Assembly (NCBI RefSeq): GCF_037042905.1
Contig: NC_087256.1
Span: forward strand, 12,834,001 to 12,898,000
Direction of reading: 5' to 3'
DNA length: 64,000 bases
From: Lytechinus pictus
Taxonomy: Eukaryota
A program made the position numbers and the translations under genes. Position 1 is the stretch's first letter. Each line of letters begins with the position of its first letter. Shown in pieces: positions 51,043-62,107 of this stretch. Under the pieces are notes generated by a model that saw only the letters and a program-made list of their open reading frames with translations, did not search any database and was not told where the DNA came from.

Positions 51043-51749
51043 ATATTTTGTTAGTAGACTATAATATTGCTATGTCTTTGCAATTGTTAGGTTTATAAAT
51101 TGTATGACCAAAGTGATAGTATAATCCTTTTGATTATCTTTTAAATAAATGGTATTAAGGGGGAGAAGGTGTAAGTATAGGTATTGAGTGAAGATACCTT
51201 TAGGAACTCGTATATGACAGTAGTTCATTTTGTTCCATTTGTGTGTGTTATTGAAAATCCTATCTCTACACCATTTAGCTCTAGTGTTTGAGTAAGAAGA
51301 TACTTCGTAGGAGTGCATAACAGGTTACTTGGAAAATCTTTTTCTTGCATTATACTTTTGCTGCATTTGCGCGCTCACTTTTGGTTCATTCAATATAGTG
51401 GATAATTAGGGTCTAGGTATAAGACTATTCCCGATCAGGTTCTTGTTCCATCAATCTGTCATCTACTCAGTTTGATAGTACATTTGTTTTCACTCAAACT
51501 CTTTGGTAGTTGCCTTTTCTGTTGCTAGTTTTCTTTTTTCTTTCTTTCTCTCTTTGTATTATATTTTGATACTGTTTGCCTTACAGGAGCACAGTATTTT
51601 GGTGTTGAATATTTTGTCATTTTTATTTTGATATTGTTTGAGATTTGTATTTGATAGATAATTTCAGGCAATTATCTTAGGACTCTGTTCATGTTCGTAA
51701 TTTTCGTATTTTGTTAGTTATATTTCCAATATTGTTTGGTTTGTTAATC

Positions 51750-52853
51750 ATGGCTGAAGCTAATGATTTGGTTGGTACCCCCACCCCTTTTGAGGTCAAG
51801 GAGGATTCGCCTCCTCCCTCTCCCTCAGATACACTGAGTGATTTCCTTGCAGGGGCAGGGATAAGTTTTGATGAGTTGAAGCAGTTAGTTAGAGGGAGTT
51901 CTAATACCCCCCAAGGAGGTATCTCTACCCCAGAGTCATCTCAGATCCGCTTGCCGAGGCTTGGCCTCTTCTCTGGAAAGGAACCAGTTAAGCAAGGTGA
52001 AGTGGACTGGGAGACATTTCACGATGTCGCAAGGGAAATAGCCACTATGGCTGGCCTGAGCGAACAATCAAAACGTCGTGAAATAGTGACTCGCCTCCTA
52101 TTACCTGCTAAAGACTTTGCTAAGCAAGTCGCGGCAGGCACCACCTCACTCGATCTACTGGCCTATTTGGACAGCATCTATGGTGCTGTTCAAAACAATA
52201 ACCTGTTGCTTCAGGAGTTCATGGGATTGGTCCAAGGTAAGGACGAAAGACCATCGGATTTCCTGAAGCGACTCCAATTGAAGGTTAGTAGATTGGTTGA
52301 GGTGGGGGAGTTCTCCCATCAAGCAGCAACCCAAAAGTTGCTGGACAAATTCAAGCTCGGATGTCACGACGAATATATATTAACAGTAACGAATTTGCAT
52401 AACCAGATCATTGCACCCCCATTTCCTAAATTAATTAGTATTATAAGAGAGGCAGAGGCAACCAGAAATGCCAAGATGGCCCAATACAAACCCAACCCCA
52501 AAATAGTCCGTAGCTATGTGCAATTTGAGAACATGAGCTTATATCACACTGAGGAACAAAAAGAGACCCGACCAAAACACAACAAACCCCAGATAGGCCC
52601 AAATAAAGGAGCATCTCCTTCCAGTAAATCCAAATATCATCCCTCAACATCTCGTCCCAAATCTTCCCCTCGATGCCCAGTTAGGGTAATCGTGTGCTTC
52701 AAGTGTGGTGAGTTTGACCACTATCAAGATGAGTGCGAAAACCCACCAAACGAAGAGCTCAAGAATAGGAACATGGCCAAAAGAGAGGAAATTATTAAGG
52801 CATGGGAGGCAATTAACGAGCCAAAAACTGTTAGGAGTCCCCCAAACGAGTAA
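51750..52853 (+). CDS. gag: Gag, PNMA-like capsid with CCHC zinc knuckle
   Basis: first ATG at 51750 (atcATGg); RLGLFSGKEPVKQGEVDWETF; QGKDERPSDFLKRL; CFKCGEFDHYQDEC. Confidence 0.9.
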   Translation: MAEANDLVGTPTPFEVKEDSPPPSPSDTLSDFLAGAGISFDELKQLVRGSSNTPQGGISTPESSQIRLPRLGLFSGKEPVKQGEVDWETFHDVAREIATMAGLSEQSKRREIVTRLLLPAKDFAKQVAAGTTSLDLLAYLDSIYGAVQNNNLLLQEFMGLVQGKDERPSDFLKRLQLKVSRLVEVGEFSHQAATQKLLDKFKLGCHDEYILTVTNLHNQIIAPPFPKLISIIREAEATRNAKMAQYKPNPKIVRSYVQFENMSLYHTEEQKETRPKHNKPQIGPNKGASPSSKSKYHPSTSRPKSSPRCPVRVIVCFKCGEFDHYQDECENPPNEELKNRNMAKREEIIKAWEAINEPKTVRSPPNE

Positions 52854-55800
52854 AGACCCCTGTCAGTGGGTGGACGGGTGGTCGAAACAAAGAGAGGAAA
52901 AAGCGCCCTCATTGTTTGACACAAAGTTCAGATAACAATAGTAATTGTAATATTGATATCCCTGAAGGTTTAGTAGGTGAGCCCTGTGAGACTGCATGTG
53001 TAGTTGACGACATTCCCACCACCTGTCTCATAGATAGTGGGAGCGTAGTCACTACCATGCAGAAACACTTCTATGACGAACACTTAAGAGATAAGTATCC
53101 CCTTGAGAAAATAGTAGACAGAATATTTAGAATAGAAGGTGCTAATGGAAGCCCTGTAATGTACGAAGGATACATTTCCGTTCCCATTACCCTCCCAAAA
53201 GAAATTGTAGGAATCGATAGCCCTGTTAATGTGTTAGTGGTTATTGTTACTTGTCCAGTATCTTGCCCTTCCCCAATCATTGTTGGCACCAATGTGTTTC
53301 GAGGCCTTGCAAAAGCCTGCAGAGCACAGTTGGGTGCTGGGTTTCTGTCTAGATTAGACATTCCAACGACTGTTCTGGCATGTTACCAGAAGGCGATCAA
53401 AGAGGGAAAGATGGGTGACCCCATCACTGGTAAAGTTGGACACGTGAATAGTACGTTACGTAAGCCTATCACAATTCAACCCTCTGAGGTGGTAGAGGTA
53501 GCTGGAGTCCTCTGCCATACTCTGCCAGCTGGTAAGTATGAAGTGCTGGTTCAGGAAGTGGAAGGAACTCATAGAACACCAGGAATTCAGGTGCTGAATT
53601 CCATTCATACGGTGCGAGGAAGGAAGGCCAAGATCAAGGTCACAATAGCCAATAACACAAAGGCCCCTGTAACACTCCGCAATAGCCAGGTAATTGCGTC
53701 TGCATATACCTACATGTGGAGTAGGCCTTTGTCACAGGTTACTCAAAACCTGAGGCAGATGATGACTGATGATGATTTTGATGTAGATATTTCTAGCAAG
53801 TCTGTCCCTTGCTATTTCACTTCTTCACCTAGCAAGGTGAATGAGGATGATGATGAAGATGATAATGATTATGACATTGCCCCTGGTGTCCCACAAGATA
53901 TAGCCGACACCTTGCGGCAGCAGCTAGATCAGTTGGATGGATTGTTCTCCAAACATGATCTAGATTATGGTTGTGCTAAGGGCGTGGAACATAGCATAAA
54001 CATTTCTGATAAGACTCCGTGGAATGCACGAGCACGCCCAATTCCACAAAGCATGTATGAAGAAGCAAGACAGCTTTTTCAAGGTCTTTTGGATGCAGGA
54101 TTGATTAGGCCTTCAGAGAGCGCTTACAGCTCACCTGTATGTCTGGTACGCAAGAAGTCAGGAAAACTGAGGATGACAGTCGACTATCGGCAACCGAATA
54201 GGCGTGTCATTCCAGATGCGTACAGCATACCCAAGGTAGAAGACTTATTCAATTCGCTCCATGGATCAAAATTCTTCACGGTAGTTGATCTCAAAGGAGC
54301 ATTCTTTCAGATCCCACTCCGTGAAGAAGATAGAAAGTACAGTGCTTTCAACACTCCATTTGGATTGTTCGAATTCAAACGAATGCCTCAAGGACTCAAA
54401 TCGAGCCCTGCCCAAATGCAAAGAGTAGTTGAGCGTTGTCTTGGTGACTGCTCCCTCAGGGAAGCAATCGCTTATATTGATGACATTGTCATACATGCCC
54501 CATCCATTGAAGAGTGTATTGAACGCACGTCTAGAGTTCTTAGTAGGGTACGAGACTTTGGATTAACCTTAGAGAAATCTAAGTGCCATTTCCTCTATCA
54601 GACCATTTCCCATCTTGGTCATGAGATAAGTGGCCAGGGAATCCATCCATGCCCGATGAAAATTCAAGACGTGATACACTGGAAGAGGCCTGACAATGTC
54701 CAACAACTTCGGCAATGGCTTGGCTTCTGCGGGTATTACCGGAGGTTCTGCAAGAACTTTAGCAAGATCTGTAGGCCTCTGAATGACTTACTCACAGGTT
54801 TGTCAATGCCAAGGAAGAGCAAAAGTACACCATCAGAACGTTCAAAGGTAAGAAGAGCACAGCTCGAGCCATTTCGAGAGAAATGGACTGAGAGGTGCGA
54901 AGAAGCCTTTGAAAAGCTCAAAGAGATGCTCACGTCAGCACCTGTTCTTGGATTTGCAGATCTTTCCAAACCATTTGAACTTCATTGTGATGCTTCAGGG
55001 TTTGGGTTAGGAGCTGTGTTATACCAGGAACAAGATGGTGTGAAACGTGTAATATCTTATGCATCTCGAGGCTTGGGCAATTCTGAGAGGAACTATTGCG
55101 CGTGGAAACGCGAATTCCTATGCCTCAAATGGGCTGTGACCGAAAAGTTCTCCGATTATCTGTATGGTACCAAATTCTTGGTCATTACAGATAACAACCC
55201 CCTAACCTATGTCATGACATCAGCAAAGCTTGATGCTACTGGACAAAGGTGGGTTGCCAATCTATCTGTCTATGACTTTGAGATCAGGTACTGTCCTGGA
55301 AAAAACCTGAATGATGCTGACTCACTGAGTAGGAGACCAAATCTCCTCCCTGATGATGGACAAATCGAGGAGGAGGTAAATAATCAAGTTGATTTCCTAA
55401 GGTCTCGAGTCAAGGCTGTTGACCATGGAGAAGTTGATGCAATTTTCAAAGGTCACATTCATGTTCCAGAACAAAGATCTCAGAAGTCTAGAAAAGACAA
55501 GATAGCCCTGACAGAATCTGTGCCTCTCACCATTGCTACGAGCCTGGCGATGCAGCCTGCAGGTATACCTGATACTTATGTTGATGGTACCGAAGGGGAT
55601 CCTGCAATGCCAGGTATAAGTAATGCTGAGTGGCAAGAATACCAGCGTTTGGATCCAGATATAAATGCGGTAAGGAAATTTGTAGACTCACGGTCACGCC
55701 CTTCCTCGCAAGATAGGAAGCAAGCGAGCCGAAGGCTACTGATACTCTACCGTGAACTTAATAAGCTGGTTCTACACAATGGTGTTCTTTATCGAGAGGC

Positions 55801-57493
55801 GGTTGAACAGGTTTCTGGCGAGAAAAGACGCCAACTGGTAATCCCAGGTAGCCATGTTGATCAAGCCATCCATGGTATTCATGATGAATGTGGACATCTG
55901 GGTTTTGACAAGTGTGTCTCCCTCGCCAGGGCTCGATTTTATTTCCCCTTCATGGCTACTTCTATTAGAGCATGGATCGACAAATGTGATCGATGCATCA
56001 AGAGGAAGCGAAAGCAAGAGAAGGCGGAAATGGATTCAATCATAACAACTCAACCTTTGGAGCTGTTATGTATTGATTTCCTGAGCATTGAACCTGATAA
56101 TGGAGGAGTAGAGAATGTACTGGTCATGACTGATCACTTTAGTAAGTATGCTGTTGCTGTACCTACTAAAGACCAGCGTAGTAGCACAGTGGCTAAGGCC
56201 CTTTGGGACAATTTTATTGTCCACTATGGATGGCCTGCCAAGATCCTTTCTGACCAAGCGCAGGACTTCAATTCCCGCCTGATAAAGGAACTGTGTGCTA
56301 TGGCTGGTGTTGAGAAGGTAAGGACGACCCCTTATCATCCACAGTCAAATCCAGTGGAGAGATTCAATCGTGTCCTTCTTGACATGCTGGGATGTCTCTC
56401 CGACAAACAGAAGTCAGAGTGGCGGCGTCATGTAAGTACGCTTGTGCATGCGTACAATGTGTGTGAACATGACACTACGCATTTCTCACCCTACTATCTG
56501 ATGTTTGGGAGGAATGCACGCCTGCCAATTGACTTGGCCTTAGGGATAGACCCGCAGTGGTCCGTACATGATACTGACAGAACAGCATATGTCAAGGCCC
56601 TGCGTGAGCAGTTAGCCGAGGCATATGAATTGGCTGGGAGGAATATGGCCGCCCGCAGTAGTGCCAATAAACGGCACTACGATCAGAAAGCCAAGGCACC
56701 TGTCCTCGAGAAAGGTGACCATGTTCTGGTCAAGAATGTACACTTAAGGGGAAAGCATAAATTAGCTAATAGATGGGGCGATGATGTGTATGTAGTTCTG
56801 TCAAAGATGGATGACTCACCTGTTTATCGAGTGCAGAAGGTGGGTACTGACCTTGCACCAAAGGTCCTCCATCGGAACCTATTGTTGCCATATGATGGTA
56901 AACAGGAGGCAGAACAAGAGGTGAATGACCCACCTCGTGCTAAAACACCCATCACCCGCAAAAAGGCTAAGAATATGTCTAAAAAGGTGGATATCAATTC
57001 AGATGGTTCATCCAATTGTAATGATAGTGATGATGACGATAATAGTTTGTTTGTTCCGATGACTTCAGACCCAGAAGTCATATCTGTTGGCCCTTCAGAG
57101 GATAATTCATGTCAGCTTAATGATGACCCTTCTGAAAATAATTCAGAAGTTGGTGAGGACAGCATTATTAGCGACAATGAAGATAATAATTCTGAAGAAG
57201 CTGATACGGCAAGTAGGGATGGAGACGACAATATTGTTATGAACGATAATGTGATCGGTAGTGGTGAAAACCTATCAAATCCCCCTGATGTAGATATTGG
57301 TGAACTTGAGGATACAGCATCAAATGAAAATGCAGCCTCAGTGGATGAACCAACAGTGAGGAGGTCAGCCAGGAATAATAAAGGTGTAGGTCCTGATAAA
57401 CTGTCCTACAACCAGCCTGGTCAACCCATCAATTTGGATTTTAAGCTTGCGCTAGTACAGCAAATGCGAGCATTTATGACAGACCTGTTATGA
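52847..57493 (+). CDS. pol: Pol polyprotein (protease, RT, RNase H, integrase), entered by -1 frameshift
   Basis: frame open from 52835; LIDSGS, VVDLKGAFFQI, RMPQGL, YIDD, LHCDAS, ITDNNPL, H-H-C-C zinc finger, IDF...MTDHFSK...SDQ...VERFN. Confidence 0.96.
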   Translation, partial: RVKTPVSGWTGGRNKERKKRPHCLTQSSDNNSNCNIDIPEGLVGEPCETACVVDDIPTTCLIDSGSVVTTMQKHFYDEHLRDKYPLEKIVDRIFRIEGANGSPVMYEGYISVPITLPKEIVGIDSPVNVLVVIVTCPVSCPSPIIVGTNVFRGLAKACRAQLGAGFLSRLDIPTTVLACYQKAIKEGKMGDPITGKVGHVNSTLRKPITIQPSEVVEVAGVLCHTLPAGKYEVLVQEVEGTHRTPGIQVLNSIHTVRGRKAKIKVTIANNTKAPVTLRNSQVIASAYTYMWSRPLSQVTQNLRQMMTDDDFDVDISSKSVPCYFTSSPSKVNEDDDEDDNDYDIAPGVPQDIADTLRQQLDQLDGLFSKHDLDYGCAKGVEHSINISDKTPWNARARPIPQSMYEEARQLFQGLLDAGLIRPSESAYSSPVCLVRKKSGKLRMTVDYRQPNRRVIPDAYSIPKVEDLFNSLHGSKFFTVVDLKGAFFQIPLREEDRKYSAFNTPFGLFEFKRMPQGLKSSPAQMQRVVERCLGDCSLREAIAYIDDIVIHAPSIEECIERTSRVLSRVRDFGLTLEKSKCHFLYQTISHLGHEISGQGIHPCPMKIQDVIHWKRPDNVQQLRQWLGFCGYYRRFCKNFSKICRPLNDLLTGLSMPRKSKSTPSERSKVRRAQLEPFREKWTERCEEAFEKLKEMLTSAPVLGFADLSKPFELHCDASGFGLGAVLYQEQDGVKRVISYASRGLGNSERNYCAWKREFLCLKWAVTEKFSDYLYGTKFLVITDNNPLTYVMTSAKLDATGQRWVANLSVYDFEIRYCPGKNLNDADSLSRRPNLLPDDGQIEEEVNNQVDFLRSRVKAVDHGEVDAIFKGHIHVPEQRSQKSRKDKIALTESVPLTIATSLAMQPAGIPDTYVDGTEGDPAMPGISNAEWQEYQRLDPDINAVRKFVDSRSRPSSQDRKQASRRLLILYRELNKLVLHNGVLYREAVEQVSGEKRRQLVIPGSHVDQAIHGIHDECGHLGFDKCVSLARARFYFPFMATSIRAWIDKCDRCIKRKRKQEKAEMDSIITTQPLELLCIDFLSIEPDNGGVENVLVMTDHFSKYAVAVPTKDQRSSTVAKALWDNFIVHYGWPAKILSDQAQDFNSRLIKELCAMAGVEKVRTTPYHPQSNPVERFNRVLLDMLGCLSDKQKSEWRRHVSTLVHAYNVCEHDTTHFSPYYLMFGRNARLPIDLALGIDPQWSVHDTDRTAYVKALREQLAEAYELAGRNMAARSSANKRHYDQKAKAPVLEKGDHVLVKNVHLRGKHKLANRWGDDVYVVLSKMDDSPVYRVQKVGTDLAPKVLHRNLLLPYDGKQEAEQEVNDPPRAKTPITRKKAKNMSKKVDINSDGSSNCNDSDDDDNSLFVPMTSDPEVISVGPSEDNSCQLNDDPSENNSEVGEDSIISDNEDNNSEEADTASRDGDDNIVMNDNVIGSGENLSNPPDVDIGELEDTASNENAASVDEPTVRRSARNNKGVGPDKLSYNQPGQPINLDFKLALVQQMRAFMTDLL

Positions 57494-58441
57494 ACTACAC
57501 AAGTATCATATGTTATATAAGAATAGTGTGCTTGTATGTATGTTTGAGTGTTTGTTTGAAATATGACTTTTTAATTTGATGTAACCAATATGCGTCTTAT
57601 TTGTTTAAAGTCAGAATGTTTTGATAGTGTAGGATCTTTGTTACATATAGTAGTTTGTACTTGAACCTTCACGTTAATGTATGTTATTGTTAGGAACATT
57701 GTCTAAGATAGCATTACCATTATGTTTAGACATATTCTATAATTGTCATAACTTAATCTAGGATGATTAGTTAGGGCATGAGGGTGCTCAGAGGAGTTGA
57801 GAGGTAGAAGTCCACCTGCTGGCATCCTGGACGAGACCTGGATCCTGTCAGAGGCCTACCCCAGTGAGAGACAGTTCCTCTTGATGATCCCTTGGGACAA
57901 GATGACACCAGTACAGAGACTTGGTTGCTAAAACAAATGCATTGTTGAACTTGAACATTGATCATTGTCATGGGTAATCGACAGAGACACACATCAATCT
58001 TGGAATTTGATGGACTGCAACATTGTATAATAATACAAGCTGCGAACTCCAAACCAGGACAATGGTCCGGAACCCAAGCACTGTTCGTGATTTTTACTGA
58101 TTTGAGATTGTCCTTGATTAACTGATACATCAGGACCTTTTGCATAAACTATAGCGACCTCATCGTGTGCATCAGACAAGATGACATACAGAACTCTACT
58201 GCAATACTAGGATTCTGGGAATCCCTACTCGTCAGTTGCAACTGGTTGTCACACTTGGACCTGAAAGCTTTTACGCGAAACGTCATTTCATCGTTTTGTC
58301 GACTAAATACCTTTGGTATAAAGGAACTCTTGGAGATCAAGAATTATATTCGTTATTCAACTGATTGGAGCAGTTGGAATTTATCTTGATATTTTACAAT
58401 ATATGTGTATGTTTTCATTTTTTTACGGTGGTTCATTTTTT

Positions 58442-58454
58442 AAGGAGGGAAGAG
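58442..58454 (+). promoter_or_regulatory. polypurine tract
   Basis: aaggagggaagag after a T run, immediately before the 3' LTR. Confidence 0.88.
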
Positions 58455-58455
58455 T

Positions 58456-60275
58456 TGTAGCCCCTCTTATGGTGCTACATAATTGGAGACATAAGTTAAA
58501 AGAGATTAGTCTCTATTAATTTTGTATTGTAGTATTTGTACCCATATGTATATAACATACAGAGAGTGAGGAGAGAGTGAGATGATTTGGATGACCTTTT
58601 GTACATACTGGGAGAGAGAGAGCGAAAGAGAGAGCCAATGGTCAGTTCTGGCTAGCGTGAGTAAGGGTCAGGTGGTCCTTATTCTCAGAAAATAATGACG
58701 TGAATGACATGAATGACGTAGTAGTATTTTGGGGAAAAGTTGATGGACTCTTCCATCTTTGCTACCCTAAAGGGGTAAGCAATAATTGTTTACTGGTTTT
58801 TGTTTGTGAAAAGAGATGACCAAGGATCAAAAAGTATTACTTGTTATAAATATACACACCCCTTCCCAAAAATAATGGTATTGTCAAAAATACCTATATA
58901 TAGAGCTTCTGGAGGCATCCTCTTCACAACTTTTGAGATGGAGAGAGAGCATCTTCCTCCAGACATCACTTTTCAATAATTTCCGTATTTTCCTGATTCT
59001 CAGGTAAGATCCAAAGTCATCCTTCCATATTTCAGTTTATAAGATTATTTGATAACTGATCTTATAGATTTAATTTTGAATGTTAAGTTACTTTTCCAAA
59101 ATTGTCTTTTACACATTTGGCTTATTATCAATCTTCGATTGAATAATATTTAAAATTTAGTTTTACATAACTGATGATAGATATTATTCTATAATCTACT
59201 TCTTGTTGAATGTTTGAATTTCTTATCATTGTTACTAACCATATATGATTATTGTTCATGGTGAAGCACTTTAGCACTTGTTATTTATGATTGTCTAGCA
59301 GCGCGAGCATGGTGCGAGTTTTATAGTTGAGCCTTTTGAACTTTGCGAATTACAAATTCTAAGCAAGTCGCGAATCCAAAACAACGGAACGGTATTATTC
59401 TGGTCAAGCGGATAGGCTGAGTTCCCTATCTTGCCGCGTTAATACTGTGCGGACTCTAATGTATCTGATTAAAGACTTTCCTGAATAACATTGTGCTAAA
59501 CCATTCTATTTCATTAATGATTTGATGTATTATTGTAAAATGATTTACTAATCCTAGTTGATATAAGAATATTTGAGATGAAGTTTCATAATTGATATTT
59601 AATATAAGAAATAACTAATCATGCTTTGATTAAAATGAATACACAACTTTTGAGATGGAGAGAGAGCATCTTCCTCCAGACATCACTTTTCAATAATTTC
59701 CGTATTTTCCTGATTCTCAGGTCACTGGTCTTCTGACCATGAATGGCATCCACATTTTACTTCTTCCTGCACTGAGACCCTCAATGTTATGTTAGTTTCA
59801 ATGTCATTATGTTAGTCTTGATAACAGTAGTTGTTCAACAACTATTTGAAAGTTATGTCCAGTTAAGTAAATTATAAGTATCATTTGAACTATATGTTCA
59901 TACCCGTTCGGATAATTATGTAACCAAGAGTTACACCATATTTTTATAACTGTAAATATCATGTATATAATGTTCATTTGTTAGATTAGAATTAAAGGAA
60001 CATATATCCTTTATATTATGTCTATGTTAGTTTATTTTATCGAGTTTTATTAATTTACATTAGTTAATAACATAGTGTGAATGTTGTTGATTGATGGTGT
60101 TTGATTATGTGATGTGATTATTACAAAGTAAAATAATTACAACCATATAGTTTTATCTAAGTTCTACCTCCGTAGACGGACAGGGTGGGGATTCTATGTA
60201 TAAAAATCCTTCCGCTGCACTGTTGTTATTGTAAAGTAAAAGATCCTCCCCCACCCAAAACGGTCCCGTGCTACA
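58456..60275 (+). repeat. 3' LTR
   Basis: same length as the 5' LTR; no differences spotted by eye. Confidence 0.95.
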
Positions 60276-61066
60276 ATTGCTTGAGGTTTTATTTCACATT
60301 CCTAGGCAAGCTTCAGTATTGCCTTTACGTGTAACATCATAATGTTAACCTTTTGCACATTGTTCAAAGCTTATGATTGATTCTAAACGTGAGAGGACAC
60401 CAAGGTCATAACCACTTCTGATCCAGGTAGAATTACCATCATAATTCACATACATAACCATGATAACGAGAACCTAAATATAATTTTTCCAACTCGTTTA
60501 CACTGGCAAGTAAGAAAAGGAAAATATCAGTCTAATGATTTGAAACGTATAGGCCTAGACATGATTTCAAAGATTTCATTAAATTATATCATGTGAATTT
60601 ACCAGGTTGGGAAATATTACCTGTCCTTATTAAAAAAAAAAATAAAATCCAAGTAAAGTCCCCCCCCCCCCCTTCCCTGCCATCCAATACATGATGACAT
60701 CGCAATCTTCAAATCTCTCAGGTGCAGAATGATTCTGGGACTACTCACGCAGAAACTTTTGGTTGTTTATGGAGGTCAAAAAATTTCAGTAACTATCAGT
60801 TCAACAAGGATGTTGGCAACAGTGAGAGAGTTAACTTTCCGACGCCAAGGCCGAGGATGCCCTACTGTTGGCCTTGGAGATTTATTTGTGCCAATTTTTC
60901 TCTTTTTTTCCAATATTGAAATACCTTTTGGCCTGTATAGTCTACGGGAGTCACAAATATTCAGAAATCGATCAAAGACAATGATTTACATTATTAAATT
61001 ATATAATAATGGGAGAGTCAACTTTCAGGGCTAAAGTTCCTAGTTCTTAAAATCCATGGCCATCAA

Positions 61067-61496
61067 AGGCCTTGAACCCATGAGGTGGATTCAGACCACC
61101 TCAAAGTTCCTTAGTTCCAGGTATTTTGGCAATGTGAAAGCAAATTACGAGTTATCTCCCCGAAAGGAAATACCCGATAAATAGTAGATACTTGTAAAAA
61201 ATACTAGAACTTTCTTGGGGATTTTTCCAAGGTCACAGGTATTTTGGCAGTGTGAAAGCAAATTACGGGAACATTAAGCCCAGTGTGTAGTTGGGCGCCT
61301 TGGGTGGCTGCTGAGCTGGCGATTTGAATCTCGCGCCTTGCTTGCTTATCAGACCATACTGCGCATGCTCGTAATGTCAGGAACTTTTTCCGAAGGGTAT
61401 GTTTCGGGAGGGGGGTGAATGAAGGAATAGATAATGGGTATATTTGAGCCTGAAAAAGTTATCGTAATTTAACAGGGATTCTTGTGATCAAGGCCG
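61067..61496. mobile_element. degenerate MITE
   Basis: aaggccttgaaccca / tgtgatcaaggcc; internal repeat caggtattttggca.tgtgaaagcaaattacg twice. Confidence 0.55.
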
Positions 61497-62107
61497 TTTA
61501 AAACCACCTAGTGATACCCTATTGACTGGCCTAAAAATTCAAGACCCAAACTTTGTAGATGTAAATTGGGTTCACATGCATATGTAGCATACTGCAAACA
61601 TAGATATACCATGGGAGATGCCAAGCCGTGGGGGATCGGGTATGTGTTGATTCATGCTCCCCTCATGTCCGATAATATTACCTTTTACAAGGTATGAATG
61701 TGCGATAAAATCAAATATTTTCATTACTTCTTTTTCTTACAGAGACAGAACACACAAAGCAATATCTTTGTGCCCGAAATATCCCTGGGTATCATTTTTC
61801 TGCAAGGTTATTTGGCAACAGAGTCAGGTAAGGTAATATAAACCAGGTCAAGTTTTGAATAAAATTCAAGTGCTGCCAAAGGCAATTCAGGTATACCTTT
61901 CTGTTCTGTTTGCTTTTTGTTTGTTTGGTTAGTTGGTTGATTTTTTTGTTTGGTTGTTGGTGTATTTTGGGGAGGGGGGGTTGGAGAGGTGGGCTAAAGT
62001 TATCAAAATTTTAAAGGATTCCAACTGCAATCACCTATGATGAAGCAAAAAAGATTTGCCTCGCCAGCATGCTTTGAGCCTTGTATGGAGAATGGTTTAC
62101 TGACGGT

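Larger units (their letters stand above)
49202..60275 (+). mobile_element. full-length Ty3/Gypsy LTR retrotransposon
   Basis: two 1820-bp LTRs (TGTAGC...GCTACA), PBS, gag, pol in PR-RT-RH-IN order, PPT. Confidence 0.97.

Noticed and set aside
53071-57081. Antisense ORFs within pol
   Set aside because: Short shadow frames of a long coding sequence
57771-58389. env gene
   Set aside because: No long plus-strand ORF, signal peptide or TM anchor
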